Notes under the pieces: generated by a model
Seen by the model: only the letters and a program-made list of their open reading frames with translations
Told to the model about the DNA's origin: nothing
The model's database searches: none
Shown here: one piece after another, positions 1-12,146 of the stretch
Numbering within the stretch: the stretch's first letter is position 1
How the letters are laid out: each line of letters opens with the position of its first letter
Origin: Epiperipatus broadwayi
Lineage: Eukaryota; Animalia; Onychophora
Direction of reading: 5' to 3'
Length of the DNA stretch: 64,000 bases
NCBI GenBank assembly: GCA_028023455.1
Contig: JAQFVV010000002.1
Coordinates: 18,228,001-18,292,000 of the forward strand
Position numbers and translations under genes: made by a program

Positions 1-510
1 CCCCCCCCCCGCATGGTTTAATATGATAAATGAATTTGACAATTTGCTCATTTATTACCATATAATTGTGTTGTTTTTGGCTTAATTGTTCAAGGGAATG
101 TGTTCATTTGTAAACTGCTTCCAGATAAAATTACAAGCAAAAATATTTTCAAACTGTCAACAAATACATAGAAATCTATGAAATACTTTTGAATTTATTT
201 TTGATAGAGAAAAGTCTATTCCTTACAGATGAAATAGCAGTATAACGAATAAATCCCATGCAATAATCTCAGGGCTGCCTTCATCATTGGGACCCGTTGA
301 ACTAAATTGTCAATTTCATTAAATCAAAACAATTTCACTTATTTACTATACTGTCTGAGAAATTATTAAATAAAATATTAGAAATGGAAGATCAATGATT
401 ATAAAATGAAAGGTGAAATGTGTTTTTTATGCCTGAACAAAAATAAAAATGTGTGTTTATATTAAATGCTGAAAATTGGGTGCAAATTATGGCAAGCTGC
501 TGATATTTGG

Positions 511-763
511 GTAGTCATGTATTTACTTTGGTATGACGTCATGATGGTCAACATTTTTTCTATGCACTGAATTTTATAATTGAGCATGTATTGGCCTGTC
601 CTCTGGACAGGCAAAAACATTGGAGCCCCCTGCCCATTCCAGCACTATGCTCTGATTTTTATAATTTTCAGTCAAAAAAATGAGACACAATGTAAACATA
701 AAATTCAGCGTGTAGAAACAATCTTGACCGTCATGACATCATAGCAAGTAAATACGTGATTAC
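511..763. repeat. Inverted repeat (fold-back/MITE-like), ~65-bp arms
   Basis: 511-578 (gtagtcatgtatttactttggtatgacgtcatgatggtcaac...) is the near reverse complement of 698-763; weaker outer similarity near 415-440 and 820-838. Confidence 0.65.
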
Positions 764-1828
764 CGATATTTGCTTTCTTTTAAAAGAAATTAATATTTTG
801 CCACAAGGGACAAAAAACACATTTTCAAAGTCAATATTGAGATTAATGCAATAATATTAAACTTGATTTTTGAATAAAGTATGTACAGAAAAATGGCATG
901 TAGTGGATTGAAATGTTAAAGGATCATCTGACTTCAAACAAGCTCAGTCTCATTGAAACTACTAAAAAAATTCCTAAATGAATACATCAAATTTGGGGGG
1001 AAAGGTGTAGAGAATATTTTTCTATGTCACAACAAAAATATAACTGATTTTAAAATAGGATTATGTCAAGATACAGATACTAATCTGCTACTGAAAGACA
1101 AAAAGCAACTAAATGGCATATTAATGGACTTTAATAATACAATTTGCACAAAAATGATTTAATTTTAAACTGCAATCTTACAAAGAATATCTGGAAGTGT
1201 CTGATGGATTAGTAAAACTTTTTATGCCATTTTTACTATCTTTGTGAATAACATTTTGTGACATGGATTATTACTAATACAAGATACAAGAAATAAATAG
1301 AAGTGATACTTGAGATACTTTGGCAGATTAGAATAATCATACAAAATCCTCAACATCTTTGCAGCAAAAAGCAGTTTAACCCAAACCATTCAATTATTAT
1401 TTCTGATATTACACATTTTTTTTACTGTGACGTCATTTTAGAATCACTTTTGTTTTTAATAAAAAAATATTTGCATCTTTTAAAAATATAAATTAACTTG
1501 TTTTATTTTTATAAATAAGCAGGTAAAAAAACAACACTCAATAAGTTTCTTTAAAAATAATATTTAAAACACGTGATTCTGCAATTGTTAAATGTTTGAA
1601 GACCATTTTTCTAAAGTAATAATTAGAGTTTGCTTCATTTTAGTTTTAATGCAATATTTACTAATCAGAAAATGATTTGCACCAAATTATGGATTATATT
1701 AAATTATAAAAGATAACGGTTTAGATCTAATAAGTTTATTTAAATGTATAAAATCTATCTACTTGCCATGCAATTTAATTTGACTTGAATAAAATGTTCA
1801 TCTATTCAACAGGTTTATTTTGAATTAT

Positions 1829-2660
1829 TAATAACTGAAATATAGGCTTATTATATACCTGTATCAATATACATAATATATAGGATATATGAGCACAGTT
1901 TTCCCACGACCCACCACTTTCCACTCTATCTCATAACACTGATACACTTGAACACATATAAGTCGAAAAGATAAATAATCACCAATATTCGTATTTCATG
2001 CTAAACCAGCAATAATCAGTTGGTCCAGATTATCATCTCTTCACATATATGCAATAAGTGCTCAAATATATATTAAGATAGCCAATCTTCATACTTTAAT
2101 GGACAGGCTTCAATCCACTCCACACTTTAACTCTTTAATCGTCGATCCAACTAAAAATCTGATGAGGGAATGCTCAAAGGCTACTCTGAGGCCGAGATTC
2201 TCATCACACTCATGTTGACCTAAAGTCAACCTGACCCCTCATGTACAGAGCATAATCCATTTAATATATATACAAGGGATGGGAAGACATCTCCACTATG
2301 TAATAACTGAAATACAGGCTCATTATATACCTTATCATTACATGTAATATATAGGGTATATGAGCACAGATTTTCACATGACCCACCAACTTTCCACTCT
2401 ATCTCAATAACACTGATACACTCAAACACATATGTGTCGAAAAGATAAATAATCACCAATATACATATTTCATGCTAAACCAGCAATCATCAGTTGGTCA
2501 AGATTATCATCTCCACACATATATGCAATAAGTGCTCATATAGATATATATTAATATAGCCAATCTTCATACTTTAATGGACAGGCTTCAATTCACTCCT
2601 CACTCCAACTCTTCAACCATCCATCCAATTGAAAATCTGATGATGGAAAGTTCAAAATTA
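1829..2660 (-). mobile_element. Family B PLE pseudo-LTR / retrozyme-like tandem repeat, ~472-bp unit, ~1.75 copies
   Basis: ataactgaaata(t/c)aggct at 1831 and 2303 gives period 472; each unit has an HHR motif on the minus strand; same family at 17.1-18.6, 32.6, 38.4 and 58.4 kb. Confidence 0.8.
2449..2507 (-). ncRNA. Type I hammerhead ribozyme motif (family B)
   Basis: Minus strand: ACCAA-CUGAUGA-uUGCU gguuu AGCAu-GAAA-UAUGUA-UA/UUGGU; stem I extended by AUAAUC/GAUUAU across a bulge; predicted cleavage between 2460 and 2459. The upstream copy (1975-2040) has G8>U. Confidence 0.75.
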
Positions 2661-4099
2661 GCATCAAAACAAAGGTGAATTCAGTACAAACATCTTCAAA
2701 CAGGCCATTGTAAGTCAAAGACCTTCTCACAGATAAACATACTCTAATGTTAGTGTTATAATTCCTTTGTGAGATTTGTGCACTTACTTCTTTGGCAAAT
2801 GAATTCATTTTAATCAATATTAATCTTTTTTTTTTACAAAGCACTGTTAGTGATTGAACCAGTTTTATTAAAACAGATATTTGCCATGACAACATAAGGA
2901 TTGATGAGTCTGACGATAATTAAAATTGCTTTTGAAAATTAACTAAGCATAAAATGTTAAGGAATGTATAAATATTAGCAAAACCTGATGAACATTATCT
3001 ATCATTTCTTTTTTCTCTTTATTTTCTTTTCTTCCACCCTTTTTATTCTCTTCACTTTTCTTCTTTCTGTTATATTATATTTATAATATGCTAAACATTT
3101 TTATTTTAATATTAATTAAAAATCATTAACATTAAAAAAACAGATAAGCAATACATGCAAAGTCAAGTTTATTATAATATACAGAGACAAGATTTGCAGA
3201 AAAATTCTTTACTTATACTTTTCTAAATATATTTAACTGTTAGTTATAATACATAGGCTAATATGGAACTTGTTTTGAATGATATTATTTTCTTCTACCC
3301 TCCAGATATTATTGGCCTATCCAATAATAACTAGCAAAGGAATTAAATTGCCATTTTTAGATTCATAAATACTGAATTTATCAATATAACCATATAACTA
3401 TTCTAACAAAGACAACAATCAATAATAATAGGTAAAAAAAATTATATTAAATACTTTTATTGATTGTGCACTAAAAAGAAATAAAATAATTGTTTCTTCA
3501 ACCACATTTGGAGTTTTTAGATTTAACTTCAAACATAGTGGGGGAGGAGGGAGAAATTAATTAAGTCAACCCCTTGCTATAAAAAAGAGGGATTGATATG
3601 GACCCCCCCCTCATGATTTTATTTCAAGTTAAAACTAAAAACTCAAATTGCAGTTGAAGAAACAATTATTTTTTTAATGCACAATCAATAAAAGCATTTA
3701 ATATATATAAAAAAGATCTCTATTATTTTTAAGTTTTTAGTATTTCCACATTTAATGAAAATGTAAAACTATATCATACTTTAAAATGACTGGACATTTA
3801 TAGTTGATATATATATATATATCAGTAGATATTACTGCTGTAAGTTAAAATGTATTATTATTATGACATAATATATATATACAGTAAGAATTTAAAATTG
3901 TTTACAAAATATTAAATTAAAAAAAAAATTATACTGCCCTCTTGTGATTATTATTTAAAGCAAATTAAATTCTAAAAATAATTGTCAACTGCAAAACATG
4001 AAATTAATGAATATTTTTCATATTGTTCCTGTCCTCTGTTTTATATCTAATATAACTAGTTGATATACTGAAAAGATATGTGTTTCAAATGGATTAGGG

Positions 4100-4534
4100 C
4101 AGGGATGCCCAACCTTTAACTTGATGCGAGCCAGTTGAGAATTGAAAAAAATTTGGGGAGCCACAATTATATATTGCATTTTTCATATTACATTTATAAA
4201 CATAATTCACCAACTAAAAAAAAGACTGGTGTAATATGTTAAAAAGAAAAAAAATGTAAATACATTTTATTTATATTTATTTATTAAAAATTTGGTAACA
4301 TACATATAAATTACAATTACAGGAAAAGTATATTTTAATTATTTTATTTAATGTGAAACCTGACACTACATATCGTTATTATTTGTATTGTAAAAATCTT
4401 TATTTTTTAGTGTGTGCATGTGGCGTCAAGGAACATAAAATATTTTATCAATTTTTCTTGAAGAGTGCAATGCGAGCCACATTAAACAGTTGCGCGAGCC
4501 ACGTGACTCGCAAGCTACGGGTTGGGCATCCCTG
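4100..4534. mobile_element. hAT-superfamily MITE, 435 bp
   Basis: TIR cagggatgcccaacc / ggttgggcatccctg; perfect 8-bp TSD gattaggg at 4092-4099 and 4535-4542. Confidence 0.9.
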
Positions 4535-5791
4535 GATTAGGGTGATATGACTTAGTTATATATCAATTTTAAAATTTCACTCTAACTTGAAAAAGATCAA
4601 AAATTAACAAACAAATTTTCTAAAATCAATTAGCATTTAAAAAAATAATATTTATAATTCCTAATTTCTTCATTTTCTCATTTTAATTTGCTAGGTTATG
4701 TTTCTAAACATTGTGAATTATCCAAATAGGTTGACTTATGGAATTATTTGCTATTTTTATGTGAATAGTTTATTTAAATTTTATTCTTCTAATTTTTTCT
4801 CTTGTGTTTATTCAATCAAACATATGTTTATTGGTGCATAGATGATATTCCACTTTATATACAGTGGTCTTTTTCTTTCTTATAATTGTTTTCCATTCTT
4901 TTACTTATTTTTCAATAAGACAACTAATTTTACCATTATATCTCCTTTGACATTCACATGACATTTCATAAATGCAGTTCTTATTTTTTTCTGCATAGCA
5001 AGTTTAAATTTTGTAGTTTTATAATTCTTTGCAATATTCTATGACTTTGAAAATCACTTAGTGAATTGGAAAAACACAAGAATATTAGGCAGAAAAAAAA
5101 GTAAAAATTATTAAAAATTGCTCACATAGCAAAGGCAAATAAATTCATGAGTCCATCTAGTATGATAATGCAAATATTTGATAAACACTCATTAATTTTG
5201 CTATTAAAAAGAAAAATTGGAAGAATTGATGTACGTAAGTAAATACAATTTTTAATGATCATTGCTTTTGACAGAATAGCCTAGTTAGTTAGGTATCACC
5301 ATAAATTCAGTATTCGTGGATCCAAAAATCACCCATTGAATTCTTATACTAGTTGTAATTAATAAGGGCAATACTATAGAAAATAAGAGAAAAGTAATAT
5401 GATTTAAAAATTTCTAATCTATGAATTATTATTAGCAACTGAATGCTTTTAAAAACAAAATAAAGTTTGAAGTTATCTAAAAACATATAACAACCCAATT
5501 AATAGACACAAAAGATTTTTAAAGCATAAAAATAATATAAATGAAGTAGAATTGATGGCATGATTAGGAAATTTTATAGAATATTGAAGACTATAAAATT
5601 TCTCAATGGTTTATACATTGGGGGTAAAAAAAATCATAGTTTATATTTCTACACCAAAGAATGAGTTTTAAAAACTGTATAAATACTAACAAAATACCTT
5701 TAAAACTATCATTTGGTTTCCACACTATTTTCTGAGGAAAACAATGTTCAATATCTTTTAAATCATATGCAAGTTGAATTAAGCTATAAAT

Positions 5792-5978
5792 CAGCGGTTC
5801 TCAACCTGTAGGTCACGACCCCTTTGAGGGTCAAACAACCCTTTCACAGGAGTCACCTAACCATTGGAAAACACATATTTCTGATTCATAACAGTAGCAA
5901 AATTAGAGGTTGGGGGGTCACCACAACACAAGGAACTGTGTTAAAGGGTTGCAGAATTAGAAAGGTTGAGAGCCACTG
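5792..5978 (+). mobile_element. SPIN/URR1-like hAT MITE
   Basis: TIR cagcggttctcaacct / aggttgagagccactg; internal sequence (gacccctttgagggtcaaacaaccctttcacagg...gattcataacagtagcaaaatt...ggggtcaccacaaca) matches my recollection of the URR1/SPIN non-autonomous consensus; TSD ctataaat/ctctaaat (7/8). Confidence 0.8.
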
Positions 5979-8380
5979 CTCTAAATTGTTTATCATGATG
6001 ATAGTGTTAAAGTAAAAGTAAATTTGCAAATACAAGCCAGTTTAGAAAATATCAAAAAATATAAAATACACCAGACAATTGAAAAGGCTAGAGAATACCA
6101 AAAAGTCTATATACACTTTAGTGAGTATAATAATCTTAAATCAATTGATCACTCTAAATTATTGAATGTTCACAAAAAAAATAGATAGACCAGATCACTT
6201 CAATGTTTTAAAAAAAATCTCTACAGCTATTTTAAACTAGAGTTTAAAAGCAGACTGCAATAAAACAAAATGGCAGAGGAAGTTAAGTAAGGCTGCAATT
6301 GTTATTCTAATTATTGATATTATATATAGAGATATAAAATAAGAAAAGTTAGACAAAAACAAATGTGGATTCAGGAAGTATGGAAGAAAGATCAGCAATC
6401 TTAGGGGTATTGAAGTTGGCACAGTTATATCTGAAAATGTAAAAGACCTGGAGGCATTTAAAAACAGCATGAGAAGATAAAAATTATATTTGCGGTGATA
6501 ACCAGCATTAAAATTGATGATGAAAGCATTTGTTAATGGATTTTTTGGGGGGATCATTAACAACAAAATATTGAACAATCAAGAATTTATTAGAGACCAG
6601 GTGTGGCATAACCTCAAGTTTGCAAAAACCACATGTTGAAATTGCATTCACATGTGATTGTATCTTATTGATATGAACATTAAATTTTGACTTATAATTT
6701 ATTAATGAAGCACATAATAATTCTGTAAAATGTTCATTTATCAGTTCTGCATGATATTTTGATTTTACAACTTCCTTGTTGAGTATAACGATTCACACAA
6801 AAATATTATACATTATCCCCGAAACTGATATCAGTTTACAAACAGCTTCTTTTAAAAAATGATGCTTATGACAATAGTTCTTTATTTTTCTGAATATAAA
6901 TTAAAAATAATTACCAGTGCTGCTAAATTAAATTAATGGAATAATTTTGATGTTTGAAAGTCAAAGAACACACTCAATAATATCATTTGAATTACAACTG
7001 TACCACTGGAAAATTGAAGACAACTTCAAACAATGTGTTTTATTTCCAAATAATAATAATAAAATCATGGAAATTGTCGAATTACATTGCTACCACAGAA
7101 TACTAATGGGTCTCAAAATAAAATGTAAATATATCATGCCAATACAAATTATATCATCTTATTTTAAAAGTTTCATGAGAGCTGCAGGGGTCCACCTAAA
7201 AAGCAACATGCGGCTGATAGTTAAAGACTAACACTAGGCAGAATTATAAGATGTTTACGTAGAGATATACAATTTTTTTTTGTTTTTGTTTTGCAGAATT
7301 ATTTACTTTGAATAAAATGCTCTCAATCAAATTAATGCCTCTAAATTAAAATTTAAAATATATTAAACGTAATAGTTTTTTTTTTTTTAATTTGACACAT
7401 GGTAGCCTTATGAACAAATATTCATTAGCCAATCAGACAACAGAGAAAATAGGGACTTTATATATAAGATATCCAAAAGTAAATTAATTATGATTTGATT
7501 TACTGCTGTTAATAAAATATATATATTTAAAGTTTAAAAATAAAAGTGCTATTTTATAGTCTAAAAAATAATCATATTTGAATCATTTCCAAAATATTTA
7601 TTAACATAATGTAGAAAATTGGACATATAAAATAAATGTACAATTATTATAAATAGATTAAAATGACATTATTTACTCACAGAATATAAAAAGAAGCAAT
7701 TCATCCAATAATCAAATAGTTCAAATATTCTATTGGAGGACCATCAAATATTTTAAACTTAAGTCATTACTGAATATAGAATGACATTCGTTATTTATTT
7801 AGTCATCTACAATAAATTATTTTACAGATGATCCATTATTTCAATATGTCTTACTATTTAACATTATGCATTTATGTACATTCTAGTTAGTTATGACTAT
7901 TTTATATTTGCATGCTTGAATAAATAAATCATACATCTATAAATTAACAATTTATCAAGCTCTTTTTTATTTCTACTTTTATAGAGGATTTTGTTTCTTA
8001 GAAGCCAAACTCCGAATTTCATATTAGTATAAAAATATTTATGTATTTATATATACAGTAAAGCAGAGATCACAGTGAATGTTCACAAAATATCCTGCAG
8101 TTTGCTACCATATGAATGTTTTATTCCAAGATATGAAATTATAATTTGTGGATGTTTTTTCACTTTTCTATAAAAAAAAGTTTTTATTATTAGACTGGAT
8201 AAAGAATATATTGTCTGTTATAGTTTTAAATACAATAAAATTCTTAACTCAGTTTAACATTTAAAATTTTTTTTTCAATATATCTTGACAGTCAATGTGC
8301 TAAAACTTTAGTTCTACTATACAGTACTATATAAATATAATAGCTTTAATTCTAATAATCAGAATATATAAATATAAACG

Positions 8381-8686
8381 TCACATGACCAACACCTCTT
8401 ATGCTTGTGTATAACTGTTGTTAAAACAGGAAAAACTCACTATACGTATTGCCACACACAGCAAGGTAGAGTAATTAATGAATGCCAGAAGGCTTGTGCA
8501 TAAAATCCCCATATAGTGCCTACTCATCCAATATCCCCAGACTAGTTTCTGGCTTCTCACTGATGAAGGCCATAAGCCAGAAACTAGTCTGGGGATATTG
8601 GATGAGTAGGCACTCTAGCTTGCTGTGTATGGCAATACATACAGTGAGTTTTGCATGTTTTAATATATAAATATAAGGTCATGTGA
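8381..8686. mobile_element. Family A PLE pseudo-LTR, inverted pair
   Basis: tcacatgacc...ggtcatgtga termini; antisense arm joined to sense arm at the HHR; about ten copies of the family in the window. Confidence 0.8.
8554..8595 (+). ncRNA. Minimal type I hammerhead ribozyme motif (family A)
   Basis: UUCUCA-CUGAUGA-aGGC cauaa GCCa-GAAA-CUAG-UC/UGGGGA; palindromic stem III; predicted cleavage after 8589. Confidence 0.7.
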
Positions 8687-9266
8687 AATTTACCAAGTCT
8701 ATTTAAATAGTAGTCCATTTCTAGAAACAATAAAACACCACAGCAATTTCTGTCCAATATGGAAAAAGTTGTGGTAATTGCTTAGTCTCTAAAATTAATT
8801 AAAAGCTATAAAATATAGTAACGGTAACCACCTATAGAATTTTCTTCCTATCACTAATGAAAGCTGCATCATAAATATAAACATATTTTATTTTTACAAT
8901 CAGCACATCGACACTTATCTGAATCTGATTAATCCAGATTAACTTGGGATCTTTATCTCTATCTAAGAATAGCTAGATATCCATATACTTACCATATATG
9001 ATGATTAGTTAGACTAGCTATAAAACATTTACCCAAAAGAATAATCCTATGCCTGTGATATGAATTTTTTAAAGGTTTTCTAGCTTTGCCAACTCATCTA
9101 ACTACTCTTCCATGAAATTCTTCAGTTAAATATTTTTATAAAAAGCACATGAAACATAAACCCATATGCCACATATATATATATTAATTCTAATATTCTC
9201 AGGGATAAATGATGAATTCACAGTATTATTTCCAGGAGCCATATAATAAAAATATAATAGCTAAGT

Positions 9267-9308
9267 AGCTGACATTTCAGAACAATAACAAGTACTTTCC
9301 TCAGAGCT
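9267..9308 (-). ncRNA. Ultra-minimal type I HHR motif (family C)
   Basis: AGCU-CUGAGGA-a-AGUA cuuguuauug UUCU-GAAA-UG-UC/AGCU. Confidence 0.6.
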
Positions 9309-9686
9309 TTTTCTTTCTCAAATTATAAGAATATGTGCGGTGAGATTCCTTCTATTATTGATGCTAATATTATGTCACACGGCTAAATAAATAATAAATC
9401 TGTTTAGCTTTTTGTAATTTTTGATATATATATATATGTTATTTCCTGGAACTTCTTCTGTTTAGTAAAAATATAATAGCTAAATAGCTGACATTTCGGT
9501 TTTACTTAGAGTTTCTTGTTTTTTAAATTAGAAGCTCTGAGGCATGCACTTATTATATTGAAATACCAGTTATTTAGCTATTATATTTTTACTATACACT
9601 CATTCTCCATATCACCACAGACATTCTTATTATTTGAGAAAGAACACTCCATCTCACCAACACACATTATTATTATTTGAGAAAGA

Positions 9687-9728
9687 AGCTCTGAGGAAAG
9701 TACTTGTTATTATACTGAAACATCAGCT
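9687..9728 (+). ncRNA. Ultra-minimal type I HHR motif (family C)
   Basis: AGCU-CUGAGGA-a-AGUA cuuguuauua UACU-GAAA-CA-UC/AGCU; predicted cleavage after 9724. Confidence 0.65.
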
Positions 9729-9842
9729 TTTTTTTTTTTCCATATGTCATAGCATCGGCCGGGACGCGAACCCACAACCGTCTGCAACCAACTACTTGCT
9801 TGCAAGGCAGTTGCGATGACCTCTCGGCTAACAATGCTTGAC
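9729..9842 (-). mobile_element. tRNA-derived SINE (family S)
   Basis: Minus strand gtcaagcattgttagccgagagg (A box) ... gggttcgcgtcccggcc (B box) ... poly-A; flanking aaacatca duplicated. Confidence 0.85.
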
Positions 9843-10479
9843 AAACATCAACCATCAGCTATTTAGCTATTATAATTTTACTACATGGATGCTCCCAGAA
9901 ATAATATATATATATCAAAGATTACAATATGACTGATCTTTATTCACTATGCTTTTGCCAAATCACAATTAAATTACAGAAAAATAGAATAAAAGATTTT
10001 GCTGCTTCACAAACAAAAATTTCAAGAATTAAAAAGTCACAAAGTAATGTGCAAGCTTGCGCAGTAAAATTTAGCACAATGCCAAAGAGATGAACTTGAT
10101 AATAAAGACTCCTAGATTGGAGTACAACCTGTGCTAGAACACAACTTGACAAATAGCTAACTATTTGTATATTTATTTTACTGCATAAACTAAAAAAAAA
10201 GTTCACAAATAATTTCAAATTATGATGGCTATTTTCAATACTATTATATTTAATATTTGTTTATAGTTATCATAGTGAGATTTGTATAATTACAACAATA
10301 ATACATTTTAAATTTAAAAGAAAATTCATCTTTGTTATCTAAATGTGAAATTGAAGTTATCAGATGAAAAAAATTTATATACCACCTGCCATTTCAAAAT
10401 ATTACACATAAACTGCTTTTAATATTTATATAAAAATAATAATCTTTAAAAAGCACAAGCTACATCTAAAAGTGTAAAA

Positions 10480-11060
10480 ATTAAAAAGCAAAGACATAAT
10501 AATGCAAATCAATATTTGTTTATCCAAATTACATAGTTGAATTCTGGGAGTGTTTATTCATTATGACAAAATGGATAAAAATTAGTAAAAAAAAAGGAAG
10601 CATACTTAATATTGACACTATATGTAAGTGGTGCCACAAATCAGAAGAGAACCTAAAACATGTATTCTTTGAGTGCAGTAGCCTATAACACACTTGATCT
10701 TATATTATAAAAATTTATCAGAAAAAGAATGCCACTATAAGTTCAATTATAAAGTCTTTTCCAAATGTCTGCTTTACAGAAATAAGAAGTACAACATTTA
10801 TACTATATGTATTTTGGTGCACAAGATGCACTTATTTTTATCACAGTAATGCAAGAATTTTTAATTCTTTTAAAAACAAATTAGAGACAATAAAACAAAG
10901 AGATAAAAAAATCATCCCATCAGATATTTTCGCAACCACTTGGTCACTTGTCTATCAGTGCTCTAACCTCTAGCGAGATGTATTTTCTGCTTCCTGTTTT
11001 ATTGTAAATGTTTTTGATAATAGTATAATTCACTGAATGCTAGCTATTGAAAATACTTAT
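10480..11060 (+). pseudogene. L1/Tx1-type LINE 3' fragment (zf-RVT CCHC motif)
   Basis: 10611-10682 translates IDTICKWCHKSEENLKHVFFECSS (CxxC...E..xHxFxxC); surrounding frames broken. Confidence 0.7.
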
Positions 11061-11128
11061 TGCAGTATTCTTTGATTAGTTTTGTATTAATATTTTTTTC
11101 CTTTAAACTGAAATATTAAACCATCAAA

Positions 11129-11176
11129 TGTCACATGATCACTGAGTGGCGCTACTGTAGGGAGAGTTTTGCCTCT
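11129..11176. mobile_element. Family A terminal fragment
   Basis: tcacatgatc fused to actgagtggcgctactgtagggagagttttgcct. Confidence 0.7.
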
Positions 11177-11364
11177 GTGCTAAACTGAAATATCGTAGTA
11201 TCGTAGATATATATTTCCTTGAATAAAGTTCCTTCTATAACAAAACTAAAAAAAAAAGGTTCCTGTTAGTTATCATTTGCATAAAACATCAAAAGTTTTA
11301 AGAATTTAGTTCAAGATATAGTTTTACAGTAATTTCAGTTTTCATGATGCAAAGAGAAAATATG

Positions 11365-11474
11365 GTCAAGCATTGTTAGCCGAGAGGTTATCGCAGCGAC
11401 CTTGCAAGCAAGTAGTTGGTTGCAGACGGTTGTGGGTTCACCTCCTGGCCAATGCTATGACATATAAAAAAAAA
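11365..11474 (+). mobile_element. tRNA-derived SINE (family S)
   Basis: Full head, B box and A-tail; TSD aaagagaaaat on both sides. Confidence 0.85.
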
Positions 11475-11679
11475 AAAGAGAAAATGTCGCCATAAATTTA
11501 AAATACTATGAAAAACAAAACTATGAAAATATGATTTATTATAAAATAAAACATTTTAAAAATTATTAATTTTATATTTATTCATAAATGACAAATTTTA
11601 ATAGTGAGCTTTTATTTTCAGCTTTTTTTTTTATTTCTTGGGAGTTTATAAAAATTTCAAGCATCAAAAGAGACAGAGA

Positions 11680-11765
11680 TGGTCCGCAATCCCCGATTCT
11701 TGAGTTCAAGAGTCTGCCACTCTTCCACTGTGCCAAACTGTGGAGAGCAAAATAATCACATGACT
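11680..11765 (-). mobile_element. Degenerate tRNA-like SINE head (different family)
   Basis: Minus strand tggcacagtggaagagtggcagactcttgaactcaagaatcgggg has an A-box-like TGGCACAGTGG; B box weak. Confidence 0.35.
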
Positions 11766-12104
11766 TTATTATTCAAACATTCATAAAAACTCAAGCACTG
11801 GAACTGATAGGGCAGGAATACAATTTGCAGATCTCGGGTCAGTCTACCATAGAATCACAATTATTTATGTTAGTTCATATTGTTAGTAATGGTAAATTGA
11901 AAATGTTTTTATATTTCAAATAATATGCTATATATGTCTAAGTTTATAAATAAACATGCAACGTAACATAGGAAATAAAATAAAATACATATTAAGTCAT
12001 GCAAAAGTTTATTCTCAAATATTTATTAAATAAAAATATTGTAATACGAACTTAATTTTAAACGTTGCATGTTTGGTTAATATTTAATATCTTATTAAAC
12101 CATA

Positions 12105-12146
12105 GGTTGAGTGTTTCGAGAGACACGGCTCTCATAATCATAGCTT
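12105..12146 (-). ncRNA. Variant HHR motif, A3-U8 core (family F, left arm)
   Basis: agcu-AUGAUUA-u-GAGAG ccgugu CUCUC-GAAA-CAC-UC/aacc. Confidence 0.55.

Larger units (their letters stand above)
9225..9930. mobile_element. Family C HHR-bearing repeat: two antisense plus two sense modules
   Basis: Module aaaatataatagctaa(g/a)tagctgacatttc at ~9250 and ~9470; its reverse complement at ~9535-9590 and ~9687-9880; interrupted by a SINE. Confidence 0.7.

Noticed and set aside
670-730. HHR-like GAAA-CAA-UC in the 0.5-0.76 kb palindrome
   Set aside because: Core would read AAAAUGA and the other arm lacks the cleavage triplet; likely chance.
2155-2195. Plus-strand CTGATGA in family B as a second, opposite-polarity hammerhead
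   Set aside because: No GAAA in any copy, no pairing stem I, and the heptamer is not conserved in the 17.35, 17.8 and 18.28 kb copies.
2905-2950. CTGACGA...GAAA
   Set aside because: Stem II does not abut GAAA, and there is no stem I or III.
6340-6630. Decayed ORF-like stretch (…FAVIPALKLMMKAFVNGFFGG…)
   Set aside because: Probably TE-derived, but I cannot assign a family.
9729-9842. SINE S copies as genuine tRNA genes
   Set aside because: No acceptor stem closure, extra internal sequence, A-tails and TSDs indicate retroposed SINEs.
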